DNA from: an uncultured bacterium | Lineage (GTDB): Bacteria; Hydrothermota; Hydrothermia; UBA1063; CAJXJZ01 | Assembly: GCA_913055745.1 (NCBI GenBank) | Contig: CAJXJZ010000002.1 | Location: forward strand, 57,564-121,563 | Direction: 5' to 3' | DNA length: 64,000 nucleotides | In this document: positions 16,776-25,396 of the stretch, one piece after another | Layout of the letters: each line of letters starts with the position of its first letter | Numbering within the stretch: the first letter of the stretch is position 1 | Translations under genes and position numbers: made by a program | Notes under the pieces: model-generated | Told to the model about the DNA's origin: nothing | Database searches by the model: none | The model's input: only the letters and a program-made list of their open reading frames with translations

Positions 16776-17777
16776 ATGGCTAAGAAAAAGGATGTAAAAG
16801 TAAATATAAACTATGATTTTTGTAAAAAGTGTGAGATCTGTGTGAGGATATGCCCTACAAATGTATTCGCACTACGTAGCGATGGCTACCCAGAGGTTGT
16901 TCATGAAGAGGAGTGTATAGATTGTGGACTCTGCCAGACCCATTGTCCAGATTTTGCGGTATGGATTCAGCATAACGAAGAAGAGATAGAACATCCCATG
17001 TGGGATTATCTTAGAAGGGAGAATCAGCCCTCTGTATGGTGCCCAGGTTGTGGTATAGGTATTATATTTCAATCTCTTCTCAGGCAGATAAAGGTGCAAG
17101 GTATCCCGAAGGATAAAATAGCGTTTGTTTCTGGTATTGGTTGTACAGGTAGAATGCCTGGATATGCAGATTTTAATACCATTCATACCACGCATGGGAG
17201 GGCTTTGGCTTTTGCCACTGGTATCAAACTTGCGAATCCAGAACTTAAGGTGATTGCTGTTTTAGGTGATGGCGATGGACTTGCTATAGGAGGAAATCAC
17301 CTAATACATGCTGCAAGAAGGAACATAGACATTACGGCCATATTGGTCAATAACTTTAATTATGGCATGACTGGAGGGCAGGTCTCTCCGACAACGCCGG
17401 AAGATTCATATACAACTACATCTCCTTATGGGCAACTTGAGCCTTTCTTTGACACAGCAAAACTTGCTATTGGAGCAGGTGCTAATTTCGTAGGAAGAGC
17501 CACTACATACCATGTACCTATAATGGACAAACTTATAAAAGAGGCTCTTTCTACAAAGGGATTTTCTCTTGTTGAGGTCTTAAGTCATTGTCCCACATAT
17601 TATGGAAGGCTCAATCATATACCATCGCCTTTTGATATGCTTAATTGGCAGAAGAAAATGGTGACAAGAAAGGATGAGGAAGGTAAGTATAAGATAGGTG
17701 TACTTCATAAAGGTGATAGGGTAAGTCTAACTGAAAGAATAGAAGAACTTAAAAAGAGGGCAAAAAATGGAAAATAA
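16776..17777 (+). CDS. 2-oxoacid:ferredoxin oxidoreductase beta subunit (TPP-binding) fused to N-terminal 2x[4Fe-4S] ferredoxin (delta) domain
   Basis: N-terminal CKKCEICVRICP…CIDCGLCQTHCP (two CxxCxxCxxxCP); beta-subunit motifs WCPGCG, GIGC, TPP motif GDGDGLAIGGNHLIHAARRNIDITAILVNNFNYGMTGGQ; AGGAGG RBS. Confidence 0.8.
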   Translation: MAKKKDVKVNINYDFCKKCEICVRICPTNVFALRSDGYPEVVHEEECIDCGLCQTHCPDFAVWIQHNEEEIEHPMWDYLRRENQPSVWCPGCGIGIIFQSLLRQIKVQGIPKDKIAFVSGIGCTGRMPGYADFNTIHTTHGRALAFATGIKLANPELKVIAVLGDGDGLAIGGNHLIHAARRNIDITAILVNNFNYGMTGGQVSPTTPEDSYTTTSPYGQLEPFFDTAKLAIGAGANFVGRATTYHVPIMDKLIKEALSTKGFSLVEVLSHCPTYYGRLNHIPSPFDMLNWQKKMVTRKDEEGKYKIGVLHKGDRVSLTERIEELKKRAKNGK

Positions 17778-18321
17778 GAAATTAGAAATAACACTTTCTG
17801 GTGCAGGTGGTCAGGGTATAGTAGTAGCCGGTTATGTGATAGTGTATGCTGCCGGTATCCTTGAAGGTAGGGAAGTTGTTCAGGTTATCTCTTATGGTCC
17901 TGAAGCAAGATTGGGCTCTTCTCGTTCTGATGTAATCATATCAGACACTCCTATTGCGTATCCAAAGGTTAAACGCCCTGATTTAATGCTTATTATGAAC
18001 CAAGAGTCGTATGATAAACTACATGGCAATCTAAAGGAAGGTGGTACATTGATAGTAGATTCAACCTTTGTTAATGGAGTATTGGAGGATTTTGCCTACA
18101 AAATACCGTTTACTCGTTATGCAAGAGAAGAGATTGGTTCACCTGTGGTTGCAAATATGATGGCGCTTGGTTTTATGGCAAAACTCACAGGAATAATAAA
18201 GATAGAAAATCTTAAGCAAGCAATACGGGATAAAGTAAAGAAGAGTTTTGTCAACTTAAACCTTCAAGCCGTAGAAAAAGGAGTGTATCTTGCAGAGGAC
18301 ATTATTAATAATAAAGCCTGA
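17767..18321 (+). CDS. 2-oxoacid:ferredoxin oxidoreductase gamma subunit
   Basis: ITLSGAGGQGIVVAG gamma-subunit signature, 184 aa, start overlaps upstream stop. Confidence 0.8.
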   Translation: MENKKLEITLSGAGGQGIVVAGYVIVYAAGILEGREVVQVISYGPEARLGSSRSDVIISDTPIAYPKVKRPDLMLIMNQESYDKLHGNLKEGGTLIVDSTFVNGVLEDFAYKIPFTRYAREEIGSPVVANMMALGFMAKLTGIIKIENLKQAIRDKVKKSFVNLNLQAVEKGVYLAEDIINNKA

Positions 18322-18688
18322 TGCCGTAAAAAAACGCGTTATTGGGAAGATTATTTCCATGCTTGAAGAACATTTTGATATAAAGGGCATTAGGATGAAG
18401 AAACTCACTCTTGATGAGGCAAAAAGGTTTTACAAGGTTCACAAAGGCAAGGACTTTTACGAAGGACTATGCGAGTTTATGGCAAGTGGCCCGAGTGTGG
18501 GGGTGCTTTTAGAGGGGGAGGATGTAATAAAGGAACTTCGTGATTTTATTGGTAGTACAGACCCTAAAAAGGCAAAAAATGGCACTATAAGGGCGTTGTT
18601 TGGCACGGATGTAAGGCAAAATGCTGTCCACGCATCAGATTCACCAGCCTCTGCAGAGTATGAGATACCCTTTTATTTTCCTGATTAG
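18290..18688 (+). CDS. ndk: Nucleoside diphosphate kinase
   Basis: RTLLIIKPDAV N-terminus and the NIIHGSD active-site region (here NAVHASD); 132 aa; TTG start with AAAGGAG RBS; 5' end overlaps gamma-subunit 3' end by 32 nt in another frame. Confidence 0.85.
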   Translation: MQRTLLIIKPDAVKKRVIGKIISMLEEHFDIKGIRMKKLTLDEAKRFYKVHKGKDFYEGLCEFMASGPSVGVLLEGEDVIKELRDFIGSTDPKKAKNGTIRALFGTDVRQNAVHASDSPASAEYEIPFYFPD

Positions 18689-18700
18689 AGAGGAGATAAT

Positions 18701-19600
18701 ATGAGCATTTTTAAAGACATTGAAGTCAGTGAGAAGTTCTTTTTGAGAAATCTTGAAGTATATCCGTTGAGATATACCAAAGGGAATGGGAGTATTTATG
18801 TGTCCCTTGATGAAGCATTAAGGGATGGTACAGCCAAGGTAAAGGATGTCTATGGGGTAAATGCTATTGGTGTATTAAACATAAATGACAGGCCCCTTTT
18901 AATGCTTGAGGGAGAGAGTCTACAAGGTGCCAGGCAGGATAGGATTGTGAATGTCACAAGTATCTTAGAACCTGAGGTTGAAACAGTTTTACCGGTGAGT
19001 TGTGTTGAACAAAACAGGTGGCAAGGGGCAAGTGATTTTTCCACTTCTTTGACTCTTGCTTTTCCTTCCCTAAGAAGCATTTTACGTAGTTCTGTATATA
19101 ATAGTCTCAAAGCGAGCAAAAAAATGGAATCTGACCAGAGTGCTATTTGGGAGGAGGTAAAGAAGACCTTAACCGTTACACATACGAGAAGCGAAACACT
19201 ATCCATGCATGATGCTTACGCCTCTTTAAAAGAAGATATACAAAGGTATGTAAGTGAGCGTGGAAACCTCAGGAATATGCATGGCTATATGGTTTTTATT
19301 GAAGAAGGACTTGTATCACTTGATGTATTTGCATCCTCTGAACTTTTAAAAAAGTACGAGAGGAAACTCTTTGAAAGTTATGCCATGCAAGGGATGCTCT
19401 ATATCTATGGGCAAAAGGACCTGAAAAAAGTCAAATTAGACCCTAAGGACTTGGATATGCTTGATTCCGTTGACTTTGAAGATTTTCAGTTGATGGAAAC
19501 GGTATATGAAAAAAGGTATAGGGGCGATTTTCTGATAAATGTAACCTTTAATAAAAATAATGAGTTTGTTTATGCTTCCGTAGTTCCATCGCATAGTTAA
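18701..19600 (+). CDS. Hypothetical protein, 299 aa
   Basis: ATG with AGAGGAG RBS; no family recognised by eye. Confidence 0.55.
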   Translation: MSIFKDIEVSEKFFLRNLEVYPLRYTKGNGSIYVSLDEALRDGTAKVKDVYGVNAIGVLNINDRPLLMLEGESLQGARQDRIVNVTSILEPEVETVLPVSCVEQNRWQGASDFSTSLTLAFPSLRSILRSSVYNSLKASKKMESDQSAIWEEVKKTLTVTHTRSETLSMHDAYASLKEDIQRYVSERGNLRNMHGYMVFIEEGLVSLDVFASSELLKKYERKLFESYAMQGMLYIYGQKDLKKVKLDPKDLDMLDSVDFEDFQLMETVYEKRYRGDFLINVTFNKNNEFVYASVVPSHS

Positions 19601-19637
19601 TTTTTGCATACGTTTATATTCAAAAAGGAGTGAAAAC

Positions 19638-20627
19638 ATGTTAAATATACCAACACATCTAAAGGGTAGAGACTATATAAGAACGCAGGACTGGTCAAAA
19701 GAAGATCTTTTGACTGTTATAAATGTCGCAGAGGAGTTGAAATATGCATTTAAGCACAACGAACCTACGCCTATCTTAAACAACAAGACCATATTTTTGA
19801 TGTTCTTTGACAAATCCACAAGAACAAGGAACGCATTTGAGGCTGGAATGACACAACTTGGTGGTCATGCACATTATATTGATGTATCCACTTCACAGAT
19901 TTCCCATGGTGAGAGTGCAAAGGATACGGGTATAATTCTTTCAAGATACGGTCATGGCATTGCCATAAGGCATGACCTTGTGCCCTATGAGGGCGAAAAT
20001 TATATGAGGGATATGGCTTTCTGGGCAGACAAACCCATAATAAATCTTCAGTCAGATATAGACCATCCTACCCAAACAATAGCAGACCTTATGACCATAA
20101 TGGAAAGGTTTGGTTCAAATTTAAGAGGACTCAAAGTGGCAGTTTCCTGGGCATATACCAGAAGTTATGCAAAACCTCTTTCAGTACCCCAGGGCCTTAT
20201 CATGCTTCTTACGCGCTTTGGAATGGATGTGGTGCTGGCACGTCCACCTGAGTATAAATTAATGCCAGAGATAGTTGAAATAGGAAAGAAAAATGCAGAA
20301 AGAGAGGGAGTTCGGTTTGAGATAGTAGATGATATGGAGTATGCATTTGAGAGTGCTGATATTGTTTATCCCAAGAGTTGGGGTGCACTCCATTTGTTTA
20401 ATAATCCAGAAGAGTCTTTAAAACTTGCTAAAAAGTACAAGGACTGGATTGTAGATAGCAAAAAGATGGAGATTACAAAGCCTCATTCTATTTATATGCA
20501 TTGCCTCCCCGCGGCTCGTGGTGAGGAGGTTACTGACGATGTTATAGATGGTCCGCATTCTGTAGTGTTTGATGAAGCAGAGAATCGTTTGCACACAGCC
20601 AAGGCACTTATGAGCCTGTTAATGTGA
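19638..20627 (+). CDS. Transcarbamylase of the ornithine carbamoyltransferase family, atypical substrate motif (SWG instead of SMG); specificity unknown
   Basis: Carbamoyl-phosphate motifs STRTR, HPTQ and OTC-type HCLP present; ornithine-binding DxxxSMG replaced by YPKSWGAL; 329 aa; AAGGAG RBS. Confidence 0.75.
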   Translation: MLNIPTHLKGRDYIRTQDWSKEDLLTVINVAEELKYAFKHNEPTPILNNKTIFLMFFDKSTRTRNAFEAGMTQLGGHAHYIDVSTSQISHGESAKDTGIILSRYGHGIAIRHDLVPYEGENYMRDMAFWADKPIINLQSDIDHPTQTIADLMTIMERFGSNLRGLKVAVSWAYTRSYAKPLSVPQGLIMLLTRFGMDVVLARPPEYKLMPEIVEIGKKNAEREGVRFEIVDDMEYAFESADIVYPKSWGALHLFNNPEESLKLAKKYKDWIVDSKKMEITKPHSIYMHCLPAARGEEVTDDVIDGPHSVVFDEAENRLHTAKALMSLLM

Positions 20628-21118
20628 GAAAGAAAACAAGGGGCGTTATCACCTATATAATTGATGGTGATGACGTCCTATTGATTTATAAGAAAAGAGG
20701 ACATGGTAAGGGTTTATTTAATGGCCCTGGTGGTAAGATAGAAGAAGGAGAGTCCCCATTTCATGCCGCTATTAGAGAAACTAAGGAAGAGGTAGGTATT
20801 GTGCCAAATAATCCAGAGATGTGCGGTTTTATAAGATTTTTTGATGAGAAAGGAGAAGATTGGGATGTGTATGTGTTTAGGTCTTATTCATTTAAACATA
20901 CATTGAAAGAATCGGATGAGGCAAAACCTGTATGGTTTAATAAAGATGCTATTCCATACTCGCACATGTGGGAGGATGATAAGTATTGGCTACCTTTTGT
21001 AATTAAAGGCGATTATTTTTACGCTGAGATTAAGTTCCTTAGTGGAAAGATGCAATGTAAAAAGATAGAAACATTACGAGTGGGGGAGTTCCATAAAAAG
21101 ATTAAAGAGTTTAATTAA
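20624..21118 (+). CDS. Nudix hydrolase
   Basis: Nudix box GGKIEEGESPFHAAIRETKEEVGI (GX5EX7REUXEEXGU); GTG start overlapping upstream TGA (GTGA). Confidence 0.8.
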   Translation: MRKKTRGVITYIIDGDDVLLIYKKRGHGKGLFNGPGGKIEEGESPFHAAIRETKEEVGIVPNNPEMCGFIRFFDEKGEDWDVYVFRSYSFKHTLKESDEAKPVWFNKDAIPYSHMWEDDKYWLPFVIKGDYFYAEIKFLSGKMQCKKIETLRVGEFHKKIKEFN

Positions 21119-21203
21119 GCCTCTTGGCATACTTACAATTTTAGTAATTTTTTATTATCTTACAAGAAATATAGTTAATAACTGGGATAGCATTGCACCC
21201 CGC

Positions 21204-21989
21204 TTGGGTACACTTGATATATGGATGTATTTTTTATCGTTGGTTGTCCTTTTTGTTGCGCAGTTTTATGTTGTAGTTTTATGGAGGTTTATCGTAAATT
21301 CTGGTAAGAACAAAATAGGTATAAAGGATGCAATATCCATCTTTTATCTCTCTGCTCTTGGGAGGTATATTCCAGGTAAGGTTTGGCAACTTGTAGGTCT
21401 TGCTATGCTTTCTGAAGGCGTTGGTATAGAATCGGAAATTGCCATTACATCTTCTTTACTATCCCAATCCCTTTCTGTTATCACAGGCATTTTAATCTCG
21501 GCAGGAACTATCACCCTATATGTAAAGTGGTACTTTGTAATACCTCTTATCCTCTTGGTACTTGTTTTCCTTTACCCTCCAGTATTTAATAAGGTGCTCA
21601 ATTTTTTTTCTATGAAAATAAGGAAAAAATCACTAAGTATGAATATCAGTCTTGTACAGGAACTTTTACTATTTTTGGGTTATTGGGTGGCTTGGCTGCT
21701 TTATGGCCTATCTTTATTTTTACTTTTTAAGGCATTTTCGCTTAACATAGGGTTGGTAAGGTCTATTCAATTTTTTGCGGTTTCATATCTTTTAGGTCTT
21801 TTTGCTGTATTTGTTCCAGGTGGGCTTGGTGTAAGAGAAGGCGTATTAACACTTTTGTTAGAAAAAACAGGTATAGCAACCTACTTAGGTTCAATGATAT
21901 CTATTTTTGAGCGATTGAATATTACTTTAACAGAGATTATTCTTGGGTTGTTTGGTCTTTTTGCGTTTCTTTTGAAACGAAAATCTTGA
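21204..21989 (+). CDS. Integral membrane protein with lysylphosphatidylglycerol-synthase-TM / flippase-like domain (UPF0104 family)
   Basis: 8 predicted TM helices; conserved LSALGRYIPGKVWQL region typical of LPG_synthase_TM-like proteins that accompany GT2 enzymes; TTG start. Confidence 0.55.
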   Translation: MGTLDIWMYFLSLVVLFVAQFYVVVLWRFIVNSGKNKIGIKDAISIFYLSALGRYIPGKVWQLVGLAMLSEGVGIESEIAITSSLLSQSLSVITGILISAGTITLYVKWYFVIPLILLVLVFLYPPVFNKVLNFFSMKIRKKSLSMNISLVQELLLFLGYWVAWLLYGLSLFLLFKAFSLNIGLVRSIQFFAVSYLLGLFAVFVPGGLGVREGVLTLLLEKTGIATYLGSMISIFERLNITLTEIILGLFGLFAFLLKRKS

Positions 21990-23412
21990 AGATTTTTCCC
22001 AATCTATTTGGTGTGGTATATAGGTTTTGAATTACTATGTTTCTTATTACCTTATCTTTCTCAGTATTTTTGGGCAATATAGGTGTAAGGATGTCTTTTG
22101 ACAGTGGATCAAAGTCATCAGATATAAATACTATGTAGTCTAAATGAGTGATACTAATCTTTTTTCTGAGAAGGTCAAATTCGTTAAATATATTGCCCTC
22201 ATAGTCTTTACCATTTAAGTATGAAAACATTCCAATTCTCCTATATGGCATTAAAACCCTTTTATCACTGATTACACTTACCTGTGGTGCCATCTCTCTT
22301 GCTGCTTCCTCTTTGTTTTTTTCCTCTATTACCCCAAATTTAATGTTTCTGTAAGTGTTTTTAAGAGCATAAAACGAAATAGTTATAAGCGAAAAAAAGA
22401 CTATGTATGAGAGTAGTGGGTGTGCAAAAGATAAAATACTCTCTGTGAAAAATGGTATTAAAAGCAATACTGGCACGATAGGAATGAAGACTTGCCTTGG
22501 AGTGAAAAAACCTGTGTATATTGAGATAAGTGATATTGTAAGCATTAGGACAATGGAAAGTGTAGCAAGAAGTATTGTTTCATATCGCCTTTTTATGAAA
22601 CTAAAGAGGAGTGTAAGAAGCAGTGTTATCAAAATGTATACACTATAAGAGGTTTTAAGCGTATTATATATTCCTGTAATTACTTGTTTTGATGTTAGCA
22701 TAGCTGCGCCGGTTATGGAAAAATAATACCCAAGCACCTTGAAAGAATAAAATGGGTCGTGTGAGAGGAAAAAATCAAAACCCAGCCATAATAAAGGCGA
22801 TAATAAGGCTAAAAGTAGGGCACATTTACACTTTTTGTAAGCAATTATGCTGTGCAATATAAGGAAGAGGGCTACTATCCATACTTCTTGTCTGGTAAGA
22901 CCACCTAAAAGAAGAAGGAGTGAAGTAAGATAAAAGTGTTCTTCTATATAAAAGTATAAACTCCATATAATGAATGTTGCAGCAATGAAAATATCGGTTC
23001 CAAATGCCATGTTTTTTATAGTAAATGGTAGTATAAAAAAGAGTATTTCCCCAAAAAGAGAAAGTATGTGATTTTTCGTTATTCTAAGTATCAGTTTGAA
23101 AATACCGTATCCCATAAAGAACATAAAAAGTACCTTTAAAAGTTCTATCCATAACAAATTGGGTGTTGCAAGCAGGCCGTATAGGAAAACAAGTAGAGGA
23201 GAGGGAGTGATTAATTGCAAGTGAAGAAATTTTCCACTTAAGAGAATATTCCAAAACCAAATATAGGCATATCCATCAGTAGATAACATAAATGAGTTCG
23301 TATAACGTAATATGAAGAAGAAGTAGGAAAAAATCGGTATTGCAAAAACGAAAAAGTATAAAAACGGTTTTAAATTTATTCTCTTTTTATGCCTTTTGTC
23401 TGTTTTTGCCAT
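21937..23412 (-). CDS. Polytopic GT-C-type glycosyltransferase (ArnT/PMT-like, polyprenyl-phosphate-sugar dependent), 491 aa
   Basis: ~11 TM helices with conserved first-loop STDGYAYIW (Asp-containing) motif, then ~130-aa C-terminal soluble domain; immediately downstream of GT2 polyprenyl-P sugar synthase. Confidence 0.55.
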   Translation of the reverse strand: MAKTDKRHKKRINLKPFLYFFVFAIPIFSYFFFILRYTNSFMLSTDGYAYIWFWNILLSGKFLHLQLITPSPLLVFLYGLLATPNLLWIELLKVLFMFFMGYGIFKLILRITKNHILSLFGEILFFILPFTIKNMAFGTDIFIAATFIIWSLYFYIEEHFYLTSLLLLLGGLTRQEVWIVALFLILHSIIAYKKCKCALLLALLSPLLWLGFDFFLSHDPFYSFKVLGYYFSITGAAMLTSKQVITGIYNTLKTSYSVYILITLLLTLLFSFIKRRYETILLATLSIVLMLTISLISIYTGFFTPRQVFIPIVPVLLLIPFFTESILSFAHPLLSYIVFFSLITISFYALKNTYRNIKFGVIEEKNKEEAAREMAPQVSVISDKRVLMPYRRIGMFSYLNGKDYEGNIFNEFDLLRKKISITHLDYIVFISDDFDPLSKDILTPILPKNTEKDKVIRNIVIQNLYTTPNRLGKIFKIFVSKETQKDQTTQE

Positions 23413-24112
23413 TTTTTAAACACCTGTTTCCCTTAATACGATACTTTAAATATGTCCATGCGCCTTGGAACCAATCTTTCCAGTTAATTTTCTTACCTTC
23501 TTTAATACTTCTTGGTGCGTATCTTATAGGTACTTCATAGATTTTCTTTCCAGAAAGGATTATTTTGGATGTGAGTTCTGCTTCAAGTTCAAAGCCTTTA
23601 GATTCAATATTAATTCCCTTTATAAAATTGCGTGGTAGGACTTTATAGCATGTATATGAGTCTGTAAGATGCGTCCCATACAATAAATTAACAAACCAAT
23701 TGATGGAATATCTTCCAAGATAATAGAGTATTGAACCTTTTGGATTAGATTTTTCAAGTAATCTTGATCCATATACAACCTCTGCCTTTCCGTCTAAGAT
23801 GGGTTTTAAGAGTTTTGGATAGTCTTCGGGAAAGTATTCAAGGTCTGCATCCTGAATGATTATGTATTCGCATTCTGCATGTTCAATGCCTGTTTTAATC
23901 GCTCCACCTTTCCCTTGATTTTTTTCGTGAAATATTATTTTAAGATATGGTTTTTCTTCTTTGAGTTTCTTGAGGATGTCACGGGTACCATCTTTTGAAC
24001 CATCATCAACTATAATAATTTCTTTTTCTATTGGCACATCTTCAACCCTTTTTAAAACCTTTAAAATCGTGTCTTTCTCATTGTAGCAAGGTATTATTAC
24101 ACAGAGTTTCAT
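23387..24112 (-). CDS. GT2 polyprenyl-phosphate glycosyltransferase (ArnC/GtrB/DPM1-like)
   Basis: CVIIPCYNE…IIVDDGSKDGT…QDADLEY (DxD) motifs of GT2 Und-P sugar synthases; 241 aa. Confidence 0.8.
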   Translation of the reverse strand: MKLCVIIPCYNEKDTILKVLKRVEDVPIEKEIIIVDDGSKDGTRDILKKLKEEKPYLKIIFHEKNQGKGGAIKTGIEHAECEYIIIQDADLEYFPEDYPKLLKPILDGKAEVVYGSRLLEKSNPKGSILYYLGRYSINWFVNLLYGTHLTDSYTCYKVLPRNFIKGINIESKGFELEAELTSKIILSGKKIYEVPIRYAPRSIKEGKKINWKDWFQGAWTYLKYRIKGNRCLKNGKNRQKA

Positions 24113-24468
24113 TGCGAAATTAGATAAACCCCGAATGTTATTAAGAAAACCCCTAATAGTCTAATAACCTTAAATGGTTCTCCAAATAGGGCTATTGATA
24201 TAAAGAATATAAGGATGTATCCAATACTCAACATAGGATATGCTACAGATAGTGGGACCTTAACAAGTGCAAGCATCCAGAAAATTGCACTGATAGCATA
24301 AAAGGTTATTCCTATCAAAGAATAAGGGGCAAGCATGAGCCTTAGGACCTTTAAGATAGAAAATGGTCTTATGGAAAAGTCTTTAAAGTGAAGCATTGAC
24401 CACTTAAGTGCTATTTGTCCTACAATATTGAACAAGATAGCAAGGTAAATGTTTTGGTATTTACCCAT
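24109..24468 (-). CDS. Small 4-TM SMR/EamA-like membrane protein (ArnE/ArnF-like flippase subunit candidate)
   Basis: 119 aa, four hydrophobic helices, position between decarboxylase and GT2 as in arn operons. Confidence 0.5.
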   Translation of the reverse strand: MGKYQNIYLAILFNIVGQIALKWSMLHFKDFSIRPFSILKVLRLMLAPYSLIGITFYAISAIFWMLALVKVPLSVAYPMLSIGYILIFFISIALFGEPFKVIRLLGVFLITFGVYLISQ

Positions 24469-25396
24469 TTTTAAAGTATTCTATGGTTTTTAACAGACCA
24501 TCTCTAAAAGGCGTCTTAGGTTGCCACCCTAATATTTTCTTGGCTTTTTCTATATCGGGTCGTCTTTTCTTTGGATCATCTTGCAATGGGGGCAAGAATT
24601 TGAAATTGGATCTTGATGAGGTGAGTTCCTTAATAATCCGTGCTGTTTCTATAACGGTGTACTCTTCTGGATTGCCTAAGTTTATCACCTCACCATCTAT
24701 ATCTTTAAGTGTGGCTATCTTAAAAATACCATCTACAAGATCATCAATATAACAATAACTTCTTGTCTGCATGCCATCACCATAAATGGTAATAGGCCTA
24801 TTTTCAAGTGCCTGGTTGATAAAATTTGGGATCACTCTACCGTCGTCTTTTTTCATTCGTGGTCCATAGGTATTAAAGATCCTAACAATTCTGACTTTTG
24901 TCTTGTATTCTCTGAAGAAAAGCATACTGAGTGCCTCACCAAACCTCTTTCCCTCATCATAAACGCTTCTTATGCCAACAGGATTTACATTTCCAAAGTA
25001 GTCCTCTTTCTGTGGGTGTACCAAAGGGTCTCCATAGACCTCAGAGGTTGACGCCTGTACAAAGACTGCGCCTTGTTTTTGGGCCAGGCGTAGCATGTTG
25101 AGTGTCCCTATGGAGTTAACACGCATGGTTTCAAGGGGAAAGTTAAAATAATCCACTGGAGAGGCAGGAGATGCAAAGTTTAGTACGATATCAGATGCTA
25201 TTTTTAGGTCCCTTTCTATGCCAAGGTCCATTTCTATGAGTTTGAATGCTTTGTTATTTAATAGGTGTTCTATATTTTCTCTACGCCCTGTGATAAAATT
25301 ATCAATACCTATTACGCTGTATCCTTCCTTTATAAACCTGTCAGCCAGATGTGAACCTATAAACCCCCCAACGCCTGTAATGATAACTTTTTTCAT
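24461..25396 (-). CDS. UDP-glucuronate decarboxylase (UDP-xylose synthase type, short-chain dehydrogenase/reductase)
   Basis: Near-colinear similarity to UXS1: ITGGAGFIGSH Rossmann, ASPASP, STSEVYGDP, YDEGKR, IFNTYGPRM, NLGNPEE; 311 aa. Confidence 0.85.
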   Translation of the reverse strand: MKKVIITGVGGFIGSHLADRFIKEGYSVIGIDNFITGRRENIEHLLNNKAFKLIEMDLGIERDLKIASDIVLNFASPASPVDYFNFPLETMRVNSIGTLNMLRLAQKQGAVFVQASTSEVYGDPLVHPQKEDYFGNVNPVGIRSVYDEGKRFGEALSMLFFREYKTKVRIVRIFNTYGPRMKKDDGRVIPNFINQALENRPITIYGDGMQTRSYCYIDDLVDGIFKIATLKDIDGEVINLGNPEEYTVIETARIIKELTSSRSNFKFLPPLQDDPKKRRPDIEKAKKILGWQPKTPFRDGLLKTIEYFKNG

